Below, piece after piece: positions 25,073 to 34,445 of a stretch of DNA of 64,000 nt. Positions within the stretch are counted from its first letter, which is position 1. Every line of letters starts with the position of its first letter. The DNA lies in the NCBI GenBank assembly GCA_028870995.1, contig JAGWOI010000012.1, positions 1,501 through 65,500 of the forward strand, read 5' to 3'. A program made the translations under genes and the position numbers. The notes beneath the pieces are model-generated. The model did no database searches and had not been told where the DNA came from. It was given only the letters and a program-made list of their open reading frames with translations. Origin of the DNA: Candidatus Omnitrophota bacterium. Lineage in GTDB: Bacteria; Omnitrophota; Gorgyraeia; Zapsychrales; Fredricksoniimonadaceae.

Positions 25073-26039
25073 CTTTTAATGCTTCGATGGCTTTAATCAC
25101 ATCTTCAGGTTTAATAAAGGACATGCATTGATGCGGCGCTTTCATCTTTGGGTCGCGGCAACGCTCGCAGAGCTCATTGCGTTTGACCACCACCGACCGA
25201 TCAGACCAGGGGGCATACTTTTCCAAAGGCGTGGGGCCCCAAAGAACAACCAGAGGCACATTCAAATAGGAAGCCAGGTGCATGACACCGCTGTCATGCG
25301 TCAAGGCCAAGGCCGCCTTTTTAAGAACATAGGCCAATTGACGCAGACTGCTTTTGCCGGCCAGGGACAGCGAAGGGCTTTTCATCCGGTTTTGGATGGA
25401 CGTAATGACCGCCCTGTCCTTGGCATCACCGACAAAAATAACCTTGGTGGATCGGGAGAGATGATCTGCCACCGCCACAAACCCGTCGGGCGTCCAGCGT
25501 TTCTCGCTCGAAGCGGCGCCGGGAGCTACCACCACAAACGGTTGGGTGCGGACAAAAGGAGCCACCTCTTCATCGAAAAAGCGCTCATCCTGCGTCACTG
25601 TCACCACGGCATATTGCCTGGCGGCAGGAACTTCGAAAGGATACAGCCGCCGTAGATGGTTTAAATGCCCGTCCTTCTTATGACCATGATAAACATGAAA
25701 GGCGGCCACCGGTGTCGCATATTTAGGCATTAAGAAAACAGGCAGCATGGTTCGGCGCAGATCAATCACACAGTCATAATGTTGACGGCGGACCTCTAAG
25801 AACCAGGCCTGTTTTTCCTGCAGCGAAGAACGCTTGTCAAAAATCTTGACCTTAAAATGAGGATTGTCTTCAAAAAGTGAGACGGCCTTTGGTCCTATCA
25901 TCACGTCCATCCGCGCTTCGGGAAAATTTTCGCACAAGACGTCGATCACCGGGCAGGTCAGGACCACATCCCCGATATTCGTGAGGCTGAAGACCAGGAT
26001 ATGTTTAGGATCGCAATTTTTCGAAAGCTTGGGCCACAT
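25053..26039 (-). CDS. GT9 glycosyltransferase (heptosyltransferase family), second paralog
   Basis: 328 aa. ILVFSLTNIGDVVLTCPVIDVL...THDSGVMHLASYLNVPLVVLWGPT. Confidence 0.8.
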   Translation of the reverse strand: MWPKLSKNCDPKHILVFSLTNIGDVVLTCPVIDVLCENFPEARMDVMIGPKAVSLFEDNPHFKVKIFDKRSSLQEKQAWFLEVRRQHYDCVIDLRRTMLPVFLMPKYATPVAAFHVYHGHKKDGHLNHLRRLYPFEVPAARQYAVVTVTQDERFFDEEVAPFVRTQPFVVVAPGAASSEKRWTPDGFVAVADHLSRSTKVIFVGDAKDRAVITSIQNRMKSPSLSLAGKSSLRQLAYVLKKAALALTHDSGVMHLASYLNVPLVVLWGPTPLEKYAPWSDRSVVVKRNELCERCRDPKMKAPHQCMSFIKPEDVIKAIEALKDEKPIP

Positions 26040-27012
26040 CGCTCACCGTCACCGATTTCATGCAAACATTGCTGCCGCATGCCAAATGATAACAAGGCGC
26101 CTTGTTGCAACCGATTTCATTAAAAAGGATGATGGAACGCCCCCCGCCCCGCGGACCGGTGATCTCCGGGCGCGTCGATCCATAAATACCGATAATATTG
26201 CCCCCCACACTGTGGGCCAAATGCAAAGGACCGGAATCGGCGGAAATGACGCCCAAAGCCTGTTTATAAAGAGCCAGGGATTCGCCTAAAGCGGTTTCAC
26301 CGGCCATCACAACCCCTTTGACACCGGAGATCTTCATGATGTGTCGGCAAAGTTCCCTGTCGTGGTGGCCTCCTGAAAAAACGACCGGCAGATCAAACTG
26401 TTCGTTAAGACGTTTAGCCAGTTGGGCAAAAGCATCCGGCCCCCAGCGTTTAAGGTCCCAATTGCCGCCGGGGTTTAAAACGACATAATCTTTCATGGGT
26501 TTCAAACCTGCGTTGGCAAGTTTGGTTCTTAAGCTTTGAATGTCCTCCGCCTTCAAACGCAGTTCGCAGGTGCGGTCCTGGACCTTGATCCCAAAACCTT
26601 CCACCGCTTTCAAATAATAATCACAGCGGTGCATATCTTCCGCAGCCATGGCCACGGGATGCGTCAAAAGACCGGGCGTCTTGCTATAACCGATGCGCAA
26701 AGGCACTCCTGCCAAATACACCATGAGAGACCTCGTCAGGGAGCGGTGCAGTAAAAAGGCGGCATCGAATTTTTTCTTCCTTAATGAGGCGATCAATCCT
26801 AATTTCCGCCAAGGGTAACGGTGCCTGCCCCGTTCATCATAAACGATGATCTTGTCCACATAAGGGCAATACTGAAGGACTTCCTTGACCCGAGGCGCGC
26901 ACAAACAGGTCAGGCGCGCCTGCGGATAGGTTTTTTTGAGTGTTTTAAAGACCGGGATGGAAAATACAGCATCCCCCAGCCAGTTGATATTAACGACGAG
27001 AATATTGTTCAT
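26005..27012 (-). CDS. GT9 glycosyltransferase (heptosyltransferase family), third paralog
   Basis: 335 aa. ILVVNINWLGDAVFSIPVFKTLKKTYPQARLT...ISADSGPLHLAHSVGGNIIGIYGST. Confidence 0.8.
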   Translation of the reverse strand: MNNILVVNINWLGDAVFSIPVFKTLKKTYPQARLTCLCAPRVKEVLQYCPYVDKIIVYDERGRHRYPWRKLGLIASLRKKKFDAAFLLHRSLTRSLMVYLAGVPLRIGYSKTPGLLTHPVAMAAEDMHRCDYYLKAVEGFGIKVQDRTCELRLKAEDIQSLRTKLANAGLKPMKDYVVLNPGGNWDLKRWGPDAFAQLAKRLNEQFDLPVVFSGGHHDRELCRHIMKISGVKGVVMAGETALGESLALYKQALGVISADSGPLHLAHSVGGNIIGIYGSTRPEITGPRGGGRSIILFNEIGCNKAPCYHLACGSNVCMKSVTVSDVAQAFEKLRS

Positions 27013-28090
27013 ACACCTGTAGGGTCTTCTGGACCATGATATCGGCTGAAAAGTGTTCTTGGATATTCAAACGTGCCCTTTCAGCCATTGCCATCCCCTG
27101 TCCGGGATTTTTAAGCAAGGTGATGAGGCGGTCCGCCAGGACCGATTCATCGCGGCTTGGGACCAGAAAGCCGCTTTGGCCGTCTTCAATAAGATCAACC
27201 AATCCCCCTACAGCCGAGGCCACCACCGGGACGCCGCAGGCCTGAGCCTCCATGACCGACAACCCCAATCCCTCCATCAGGGAAGGCATGGCAAAAACAT
27301 CGAAAGCCGGCAGAATACGGTTGGTTTGATTGATCGTGTTCCTAAAAAAAACCTCCCCTGACAAGGACAAGTCAACAGCCAGTTTTTTTAAGTGCGCCTC
27401 TTCGGGGCCCTGCCCCACGATCATCAATCGGGCGCCGGGCATCTCTTTAAGAACACGGGGCATGGCCCTGATCAAAACATCGATGCCTTTGACATCTGAA
27501 AGCCTGGCGATAATCCCAATTAACGGTGTGTTCCCCGCAATCTTCCATTCTTGACGCACAAGGCGGCGCTGGACGTCATCGGCAGGCGCAAAACGTTTCA
27601 AATCGACACCGTTAACGATCCAGTGAATCCTATCCTGCGGCACATGAAAGTCCTCGCTCAAATGCCGGACAACGGGTTTGCTGATGGCAATGACGCCTTT
27701 GCCCCAGCAGGGAAAGGCCTTGCGAAACCAGCGCGGCCTAAAAAAACCGTGGCAGGTGGTGACCATAGGTATCCCCGTCAAACGGCTTAAGGCATGGCCC
27801 AGCACCTGGGTGACTCTCGTCTGGGAATGGATGATATTGATCTCGTTTTTCCAGGTCAAATCTTTTAATGCCCCCAAACTTAACCATAATTTCGGATGGA
27901 CTTCTGATTTGGTACGGATATTCAGCCGGACATGGCGCATCCCCAAAGCCTCCATCCGGGGAACAGCATCTCCGCCGCTGGAAACCACCCAGACATGATG
28001 CCCGGATGACACCAATCCCTCACCTAACGTCAAGATATAGCTTGTAATGCCCCCGGTATTGGCATGTGTAGTCAGGAAAAGGATGTTCAT
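26990..28090 (-). CDS. GT4 glycosyltransferase (GT-B fold, WaaG-like)
   Basis: Start taken at MNILFLTTHANTGGITSY (ATG at 28090, overlapping the upstream stop as ATGA). EGLGLSVMEAQACGVPVVASAVGG is the GT4 E-x7-E region. Confidence 0.8.
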   Translation of the reverse strand: MNILFLTTHANTGGITSYILTLGEGLVSSGHHVWVVSSGGDAVPRMEALGMRHVRLNIRTKSEVHPKLWLSLGALKDLTWKNEINIIHSQTRVTQVLGHALSRLTGIPMVTTCHGFFRPRWFRKAFPCWGKGVIAISKPVVRHLSEDFHVPQDRIHWIVNGVDLKRFAPADDVQRRLVRQEWKIAGNTPLIGIIARLSDVKGIDVLIRAMPRVLKEMPGARLMIVGQGPEEAHLKKLAVDLSLSGEVFFRNTINQTNRILPAFDVFAMPSLMEGLGLSVMEAQACGVPVVASAVGGLVDLIEDGQSGFLVPSRDESVLADRLITLLKNPGQGMAMAERARLNIQEHFSADIMVQKTLQVYEQYSRR

Positions 28091-30174
28091 TTGATTAAGT
28101 GCATCACTTTTTTTGCAACTTCTTCGGGCGAAATGTCCTTCATGCACGCATGCGTCCTGATCCTGCAAACGCCGGAGTAACATGGCGAACATTTCAAGGG
28201 TTTATGGAGCACCACGCTCTTTTCGGCGGGCGGCATATGACGGCGGTAATCCGTGGGGCCGAAAAAGGCAATCACAGGGATGTTCATTCCGGCCGCCACG
28301 TGCAAAGGCGCCGAATCGGGCGATATATAGACCTGACAGCGTTTGATGAGGGCGGCCAGCTGCAGGATGGTCGTCTTGCCGATAAAGCTGGCCGGCTTGG
28401 CCCGGGCCCGGGCGATCAATTGCCTGCCTAAAGGTTTGTCCTTTTCCTCGCCTGTCAAAACCACCCGGATGTTTTTCTGGCCCAACAGATCACACAATTT
28501 GACCATATGTTCGACGGGCCAATTTTTTGTGGGCCAGGCCGCGGATGCAGAGACGTTTAAACCCACAAAGACCTGAACACTGTTGAGCCACTCGCTGTCC
28601 AAAAGCTCCTGCACGTAAGCATCATCCTTGGGGGAAGGCCGCAGCTCCAGCCTTAGATCAGGGCTATAATCAATGCCAAGCATTTTTAAAATCCTGAACT
28701 GATGTTCCACCGGCGACAGGTTGCGGTGGGTATTCTTGATCTTTCTCGATAAGAGAAAACCAAATTTGCCGTTATTGTAACCATAAGATTCCTTGGGGCA
28801 GCTTAAAAAAGACAACAAATGACTGGCACGGTTGTTCTGCAGGTCCACGACCTTGTCAAAATGATAACCGCGCAATTCCATGGACTTGTGCCAAACGGCT
28901 CTAAAATCGTTCGACCTTGCGTCAAAGATCAGGGTCTCATCAACGGCACGCGAATTTTCCACCACAGGACCCGCCGGCGCCGAGGTCAGGCAGCAGATCC
29001 TGGCAGTCGGAAATTTGCGGCGGATGGCGTTAAAGGCGGCGGTGGACAAAACAACATCACCCACCGCCGTCATCTTAATGATCAAAATCTTGGTCGAAAG
29101 CATCAACTCTTCATAAACGGCGATTGTGGAGCGGGCCATCCGGCTTAAGGTGTACCGGCTTTCTATTTTCTTCTTGGCTTCCAAGACCAGGGCTGCAGCA
29201 AAATCCGGGTTGCTCAAGATGCGCACAACGGCATTGGCCATGGCCTCGTCGTCTTTAGGCAACACCAAAAGACCTGTTTTTTCGTGATCGATGATTTCCG
29301 TCACTCCGCCCACGCGTGTGGCCACCACAGGTACACCGGCAGCCTGGGCCTCGATGACCACACGGCCAAAAGCCTCCTGGGTCACCGTCGAGAGCACCAG
29401 ACAATCCGCCTTGCTCAATAATTGAGGAATATCCCGGCGGTTACCCATAAACTCAACCTGTGCCGAAATACCTAAGCGTTTGGTCAAAAGCAGCAATTCA
29501 TCCTTGTAGGCCTGTTTTTTAGCCGGAGCGTCTCCGATGATCTGCACCTTGACCGACGGCATCCGCCGGATCACGCGGGACATGGCTTTTAAAAAGTATG
29601 GGTGGCCTTTTAAAGGCGTGATACGTCCGATCATGACCACGTTATACGTCTTTTTATGGGATGGCAAGGGCCTGGCCGCATTGAACTTCTCCAAGTCCAC
29701 GCTGCGCGGGATGACCCTGATATTCTCTGCCGGCGTCTTAAAATCCTGGACCATGTGCCTGCCGACAACTTCACTGATGGCAATGACAAGCTTGCCCCAC
29801 CCCATCACCCGGCTGAAGAAGTGGGACGAATAATAACCATGACAGGTGGTGATAAAGTGGGCCTCAGTCCTGCGGCAGGCAAAAAAAGCGATCCAAGCCG
29901 GCACGCGGGAGCGGGCATGGACAATATCGATCTTTTCCTTTTTGATGATGGCCACGAGCTTGGACATGCAGCGCCAGGCGATGATGGGATTTTTGGCATG
30001 TACGGGCAGGGTATAATGCTTGGTGCCTTCAGATTGCAGCTGGGCCACCAGGGCACCGCCGTTGGAAACGACAACCGATTTATGGCCCTGGGCCACCAGG
30101 CAGCGGCTCAGATCCACAGTGCCGGTCTCGACCCCGCCGACATTAAGCTCAGGAAGGATTTGCAGGATATTCAT
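28087..30174 (-). CDS. bifunctional fusion: N-terminal GT4 glycosyltransferase plus C-terminal GT9 heptosyltransferase-like domain
   Basis: 695 aa. Residues 1-365 are GT4 (MNILQILPELNVGGVETG...QEAFGRVVIEAQAAGVPVVATRVGG). Residues 370-695 are GT9 (ILIIKMTAVGDVVLSTAAFNAIRRKFPTARICCLT...SPDSAPLHVAAGMNIPVIAFFGPT). Confidence 0.75.
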   Translation of the reverse strand: MNILQILPELNVGGVETGTVDLSRCLVAQGHKSVVVSNGGALVAQLQSEGTKHYTLPVHAKNPIIAWRCMSKLVAIIKKEKIDIVHARSRVPAWIAFFACRRTEAHFITTCHGYYSSHFFSRVMGWGKLVIAISEVVGRHMVQDFKTPAENIRVIPRSVDLEKFNAARPLPSHKKTYNVVMIGRITPLKGHPYFLKAMSRVIRRMPSVKVQIIGDAPAKKQAYKDELLLLTKRLGISAQVEFMGNRRDIPQLLSKADCLVLSTVTQEAFGRVVIEAQAAGVPVVATRVGGVTEIIDHEKTGLLVLPKDDEAMANAVVRILSNPDFAAALVLEAKKKIESRYTLSRMARSTIAVYEELMLSTKILIIKMTAVGDVVLSTAAFNAIRRKFPTARICCLTSAPAGPVVENSRAVDETLIFDARSNDFRAVWHKSMELRGYHFDKVVDLQNNRASHLLSFLSCPKESYGYNNGKFGFLLSRKIKNTHRNLSPVEHQFRILKMLGIDYSPDLRLELRPSPKDDAYVQELLDSEWLNSVQVFVGLNVSASAAWPTKNWPVEHMVKLCDLLGQKNIRVVLTGEEKDKPLGRQLIARARAKPASFIGKTTILQLAALIKRCQVYISPDSAPLHVAAGMNIPVIAFFGPTDYRRHMPPAEKSVVLHKPLKCSPCYSGVCRIRTHACMKDISPEEVAKKVMHLIK

Positions 30175-32141
30175 CAGGCTATTCGCTCCAAGCCTTTTTG
30201 GATGACGGTCTGGTCATCGACGGACTTTAAACTTATTTTACAGCTGAGCAGCTGGGTGATCTTCGCCTTGATATCTTCTACGGAACTTACCATTAAGTAC
30301 CCCTGATCATTTAATTTCAATACAAAATCCTCATATTTGTCCCTGGGCTTGTCCCGGTAGCGCCCATTGGGGGAAAACACCAGGGTGCGGCGCACCGAGC
30401 ATAGCGCCTCGGAGATCATGGAAATACTTTCACCGGAAACGATGATGAGGTCTGATAAGGACAAAATACCGCCAACGGCTTCCGGCACGTTGCGCTGATT
30501 GGCAATGATGCACAATGGACAACGTTCGAAACCTTTAAGCTCGCGGGCAATGAGCCCCTCGACCTCCGGAGGCGTTCGTCTGGATGTGGTCAACAGGATA
30601 TCAGCGTTGTAATGCAAGGCTGCTTTTTTAAGCTGGTCGATCAATTCGCGGATATGGTTTTCATCGAACTTGACCCCTTCGGCATCGCCGCCCAGCAGCA
30701 CACCGAATTTGGTGCGCACATTCCCCTTTAAATGGGAATAGCATCTCAGGAGCCCCTCCTCCTGCTCTTTTAAATAAGCAGCGCTGATCAAATTAGGAGA
30801 GACCTTCGGGATTATCAAACGGGCCCGTTTGAGATCCTTAGGGCCGTCATGCTCGGGCAAGACTACGATATCAAACCGTTCATGGGAAATAATGCCCGGC
30901 GATAAAACACAAATGGAACGGGCCAGGTGATTGCGGCTCAAGATAAAATTGGCGCCGGCAGCCTGGGAACCACAGGAGATCACATAGTCCGCCTTGTATT
31001 TCATGAGCTCCTTGTAGGAATCCTCCGTCAGAAAATATTTCAAGCACTCCTCTTTTTTCAAAAAACTGAAATATTGGGACAAAAAAACATACAGAGTGAG
31101 CATCGAGGGGCTAAGCTTGTTCTGCCATTGCAATGAGACAACCGCCTCTTGGGAGGACTTGCCATTTTTCTTTAAAACCTCGCTTAAATTTCTGGATAAG
31201 GCCTGGGATTGCCTTAGATGCCCTGTCCTGCCGTCATCCACGATCAACACTTGCGCTTGATTGGAATACTTAAAAACCTTGTAAAACCACAAGTATTCAT
31301 CCGGATGTTCTTTAAGCAGCTCTTCGAACTGCGCCACGCCTTTGCCTATATTGGCCCTGACGTCTTTTTCCATGTCTCCGGTTTGCGTTAATTCAAGAGG
31401 CGGAAAAACCTTCAGCAGGTGTTTGCCGTCCGGGCGCCTTTCTATCCACGCCGGGCACAGGGCGCAGCCGTACTTCAACGCCAGGCGCAGGGCGCCGGTG
31501 GACATGGAAGCGGTCTTGCCCATAAAAGGAACAACCAGTCCTGTTTTGCCTCCCTGGTCAAGGACAAGGGAGACGACCTCGTTGTTCTGGAGGGCCTTGA
31601 TGATCTCCTTGCCTCCACCGCCGGTGGTGATCACGCGAGCGCCGGCGATGGTACGGTATTCATTAAGCATCTTGTCGAGTTGGGGGAATCTGGGCTGTTC
31701 ATTGACCACAACGTGGTAGGAACCCTGGGTGACCCCGCCGATGATGCTGGCCAGTTCCCAGCTTCCGGAATGAATGGCCAAAAAGATAACACCCTTGCCT
31801 CGGGCCAACGCCTCATCAATGTTCTTCTGGCCTTCCAGGTCGACAAACCGGTCAAGGCCCAAACTCTTGATCTTAGGCAGGCATAAGAGCTCAACGACAC
31901 TTTGGATAAAATTGATAAAAACTCTTTTGCCTAAAAGGCGCAATTGGGCCGGCTCAAGCTTGCCGGCGAACACGGTCTTCAGGTTGGCGTAAACCACCTT
32001 TCTTTTCTTGGACAAACAGGTATAACCGATACGGCCCAGGAGGCGCCCCAGCCAAAGGCTCGTCCTCATAGGCAACAGCATAAAAAGAAAAGCTGCCGTC
32101 TTAACGCAGGCAAATAGAACTGATTTTTTCAAAAAATTCAT
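30174..32141 (-). CDS. fusion: N-terminal LpxL/HtrB-family lipid A late acyltransferase plus C-terminal ELM1/GtrOC1-like (Mito_fiss_Elm1, PF06258-type) domain
   Basis: The N-terminus has a TM helix and FLAIHSGSWELASIIGG (the HxxxWE acyltransferase motif). The C-terminal ~330 aa contain ISCGSQAAGANFI...GVLLGGDAEG...ILLTTSRRTPPEV, typical of ELM1-like predicted glycosyltransferases. The start is uncertain (32141 or 32177). Confidence 0.6.
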   Translation of the reverse strand: MNFLKKSVLFACVKTAAFLFMLLPMRTSLWLGRLLGRIGYTCLSKKRKVVYANLKTVFAGKLEPAQLRLLGKRVFINFIQSVVELLCLPKIKSLGLDRFVDLEGQKNIDEALARGKGVIFLAIHSGSWELASIIGGVTQGSYHVVVNEQPRFPQLDKMLNEYRTIAGARVITTGGGGKEIIKALQNNEVVSLVLDQGGKTGLVVPFMGKTASMSTGALRLALKYGCALCPAWIERRPDGKHLLKVFPPLELTQTGDMEKDVRANIGKGVAQFEELLKEHPDEYLWFYKVFKYSNQAQVLIVDDGRTGHLRQSQALSRNLSEVLKKNGKSSQEAVVSLQWQNKLSPSMLTLYVFLSQYFSFLKKEECLKYFLTEDSYKELMKYKADYVISCGSQAAGANFILSRNHLARSICVLSPGIISHERFDIVVLPEHDGPKDLKRARLIIPKVSPNLISAAYLKEQEEGLLRCYSHLKGNVRTKFGVLLGGDAEGVKFDENHIRELIDQLKKAALHYNADILLTTSRRTPPEVEGLIARELKGFERCPLCIIANQRNVPEAVGGILSLSDLIIVSGESISMISEALCSVRRTLVFSPNGRYRDKPRDKYEDFVLKLNDQGYLMVSSVEDIKAKITQLLSCKISLKSVDDQTVIQKGLERIA

Positions 32142-33144
32142 CGGCTCCTTTGGTGATTTCCAGCTGTACCGGCACATAGACCAGGCGCAGGCCCGTAAAC
32201 AAACTCTTGAATGAACGTAATTTCACCGTATCCTTATGGGTGGTGACCAAAACTTCGATCTGCTGCGAACGGCAATACGCCGTCATGTGCCGTATATCAC
32301 CGGCGTTATAGGCATGATGGTCCATGTAGGTAAAGAATTTAACGGCCTGGACCGACGAATTCTTCAAGGTCAATTCGAAAGAAAGCGGATCGCCGATGGC
32401 ACAAAACCCCACCACCCGCTTCTGGTTCAGGAAATCCGGGGGCATGATCGTCCCGTCAAAAGCATCAATGGTGGCCCCGCTCTTATAAATACTTTCCATG
32501 ATCAAGGCTTTCGGGTTTAACTTCTGAAGCCGCGATGTCAAAGCAGTTATATTTTTAGAAGCGCTGGTCTTGGTCAATATAAAAACATCCGCGCGTCTCA
32601 AGGCTGATAAAGGTTCCCGCAGGACGCCTGCCGGCAGCAAATAGCCGTTGCCGAAAGGATTGACGGCATCGATGGTCACGATGTTCAGATCACGGTGCAG
32701 GGGCCAGTGCTGGAAGGCATCATCGCAGATGTAGACATCTGCCGGGAGCGTCGATTCAGCCTCGCGGATATTGGCAGAGCGGTCCCCCCCTGCCAGCACC
32801 GGAATATAGGGGATCTGTTCATTAAGCATGTCCACTTCGTCGCTAATTTTCGAAATTTGGGGTTTATAACCGCGGATAAGCACGATCGATTTGAATCCCT
32901 TGTTTTGTAAATTTTTAGCAAGCCAAATAACCAAGGGAGTCTTCCCTGTCCCTCCCACCGTAATGTTGCCGATGCTGATCACGGGTTTGGGGGCCTTGTA
33001 TATGCCCTTCAGACGGCAAAGGTTGCGATGGCAAACAACACCCCATTCATACACCATAGAGAAAGGCACCAGCAAATACATGATCAATTGGCCTATAAAG
33101 CTGGTGTTTTGCCCCTTCATGATGGAAAGCAAATAGGCCTTCAT
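32101..33144 (-). CDS. lpxK: tetraacyldisaccharide 4'-kinase
   Basis: 347 aa. P-loop PVISIGNITVGGTGKTPLVIWLA and overall LpxK layout. Confidence 0.85.
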   Translation of the reverse strand: MKAYLLSIMKGQNTSFIGQLIMYLLVPFSMVYEWGVVCHRNLCRLKGIYKAPKPVISIGNITVGGTGKTPLVIWLAKNLQNKGFKSIVLIRGYKPQISKISDEVDMLNEQIPYIPVLAGGDRSANIREAESTLPADVYICDDAFQHWPLHRDLNIVTIDAVNPFGNGYLLPAGVLREPLSALRRADVFILTKTSASKNITALTSRLQKLNPKALIMESIYKSGATIDAFDGTIMPPDFLNQKRVVGFCAIGDPLSFELTLKNSSVQAVKFFTYMDHHAYNAGDIRHMTAYCRSQQIEVLVTTHKDTVKLRSFKSLFTGLRLVYVPVQLEITKGADEFFEKISSICLR

Positions 33145-34421
33145 TGTAAAAATCCCGCCAGGTATTCCAGGCAGCGCTCAGTGGCGCCCTGATTAACGGC
33201 AACAACTTCTTTGGCCGCATCCCCTAACGCCCGGCGCCTTTCTTCATCCGCGCCCAAGGAAAGGACCGCCTTCTCAAAACTTTCCGGGTCCGCCACCTGG
33301 ACAAGGGCCTCGCGTTCTTTAAAGCAGGCAACGATGTCCCTGAAATTCTGCACATGAGGACCGATGATGACGGCCTTGCCATAGGAAGCAGGCTCAATGA
33401 TATTTTGCCCCCCGCCCTTGACCAGGCTTTTGCCTACGAAAACGAGCGAGGCCACGGAATACAAAGAGCGCAGCTGACCGATGGTATCCACAATGACAAC
33501 AGTGTCCCTGGCTAAAGCTTTCTTGTCCCATTGGGAGAATTTAACGGATTTCATGGCGCGCCCTGCAATAAGCTGCATGATCTTATCCGTTCTTTCCACG
33601 TGCCGGGGGGCGATGATCAAACGCCATTGGGGGTAATGTTCAATAAGCTTGATATAAGCATCAAGCACCATGTCTTCTTCGCCCGGATGGGTGGAACCCG
33701 CCACCCACCAATTGCGTCCCTGTTCCCAAGACCAGACGGATGATTGCGCAGGCTTGACCGGCTCGTCAAATTTAATATTGCCGACAACAACCACCTTCGA
33801 GGCTTCAGCGCCCAGATCGATGACCCTGTCAGCATCAGTCTTGCTTTGCATGCACCAAACCCGGATTTGATTTAAAACATTTCTTAGCAGAAGGCGGACC
33901 CATTTGTAACGGCTGAAAGACGCATCCGAAATACGGCCATTAATGACAACCGCCGGGATATTCTTTAAATGAAGTCTCCTGAAAAGATTCGGCCATATTT
34001 CAGTCTCCACGGCTATGTATAATTTGGGAGCGATCAGTTTGACAAAACGGCTGGTCACCCAGCTGAAATCCACGGGTGAAGGCACAACCAAAGCCTTCCC
34101 CCTCAAGCGTTCGCAGGCAAGCGCATATCCGGTTTTGGTTGTAACGGTGACAACAAACTGGTAGGCCGGATAAAGCTGTCTTAAACGGGACAAAAAATTA
34201 TCAATGACCATCACCTCGCCGACGCTGACGCCGTGCAGCCATATATTGGTATTTTGCTTTATCTGACGTTCGATCTCTGGGTCAAAACGCCCTGTCCTCA
34301 TGGAAAATCCTGTATATCCCCGGCCGGTCAGCAGCAAATACGGCAGGTACAGCAACGCATAAAATAATAAAATAAAATTATACAGGACGAGCATGTACTT
34401 ATTATAACTTTTCATTTTCAA
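33141..34421 (-). CDS. waaA: 3-deoxy-D-manno-octulosonic acid (Kdo) transferase
   Basis: 426 aa. IWLHGVSVGEV...RLIIAPRHVER...GGQNIIEPASYGKAVIIGPH are KdtA/WaaA signatures. Confidence 0.85.
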   Translation of the reverse strand: MKMKSYNKYMLVLYNFILLFYALLYLPYLLLTGRGYTGFSMRTGRFDPEIERQIKQNTNIWLHGVSVGEVMVIDNFLSRLRQLYPAYQFVVTVTTKTGYALACERLRGKALVVPSPVDFSWVTSRFVKLIAPKLYIAVETEIWPNLFRRLHLKNIPAVVINGRISDASFSRYKWVRLLLRNVLNQIRVWCMQSKTDADRVIDLGAEASKVVVVGNIKFDEPVKPAQSSVWSWEQGRNWWVAGSTHPGEEDMVLDAYIKLIEHYPQWRLIIAPRHVERTDKIMQLIAGRAMKSVKFSQWDKKALARDTVVIVDTIGQLRSLYSVASLVFVGKSLVKGGGQNIIEPASYGKAVIIGPHVQNFRDIVACFKEREALVQVADPESFEKAVLSLGADEERRRALGDAAKEVVAVNQGATERCLEYLAGFLQ

Positions 34422-34445
34422 AAAACATTAAGATTTATATCTATA

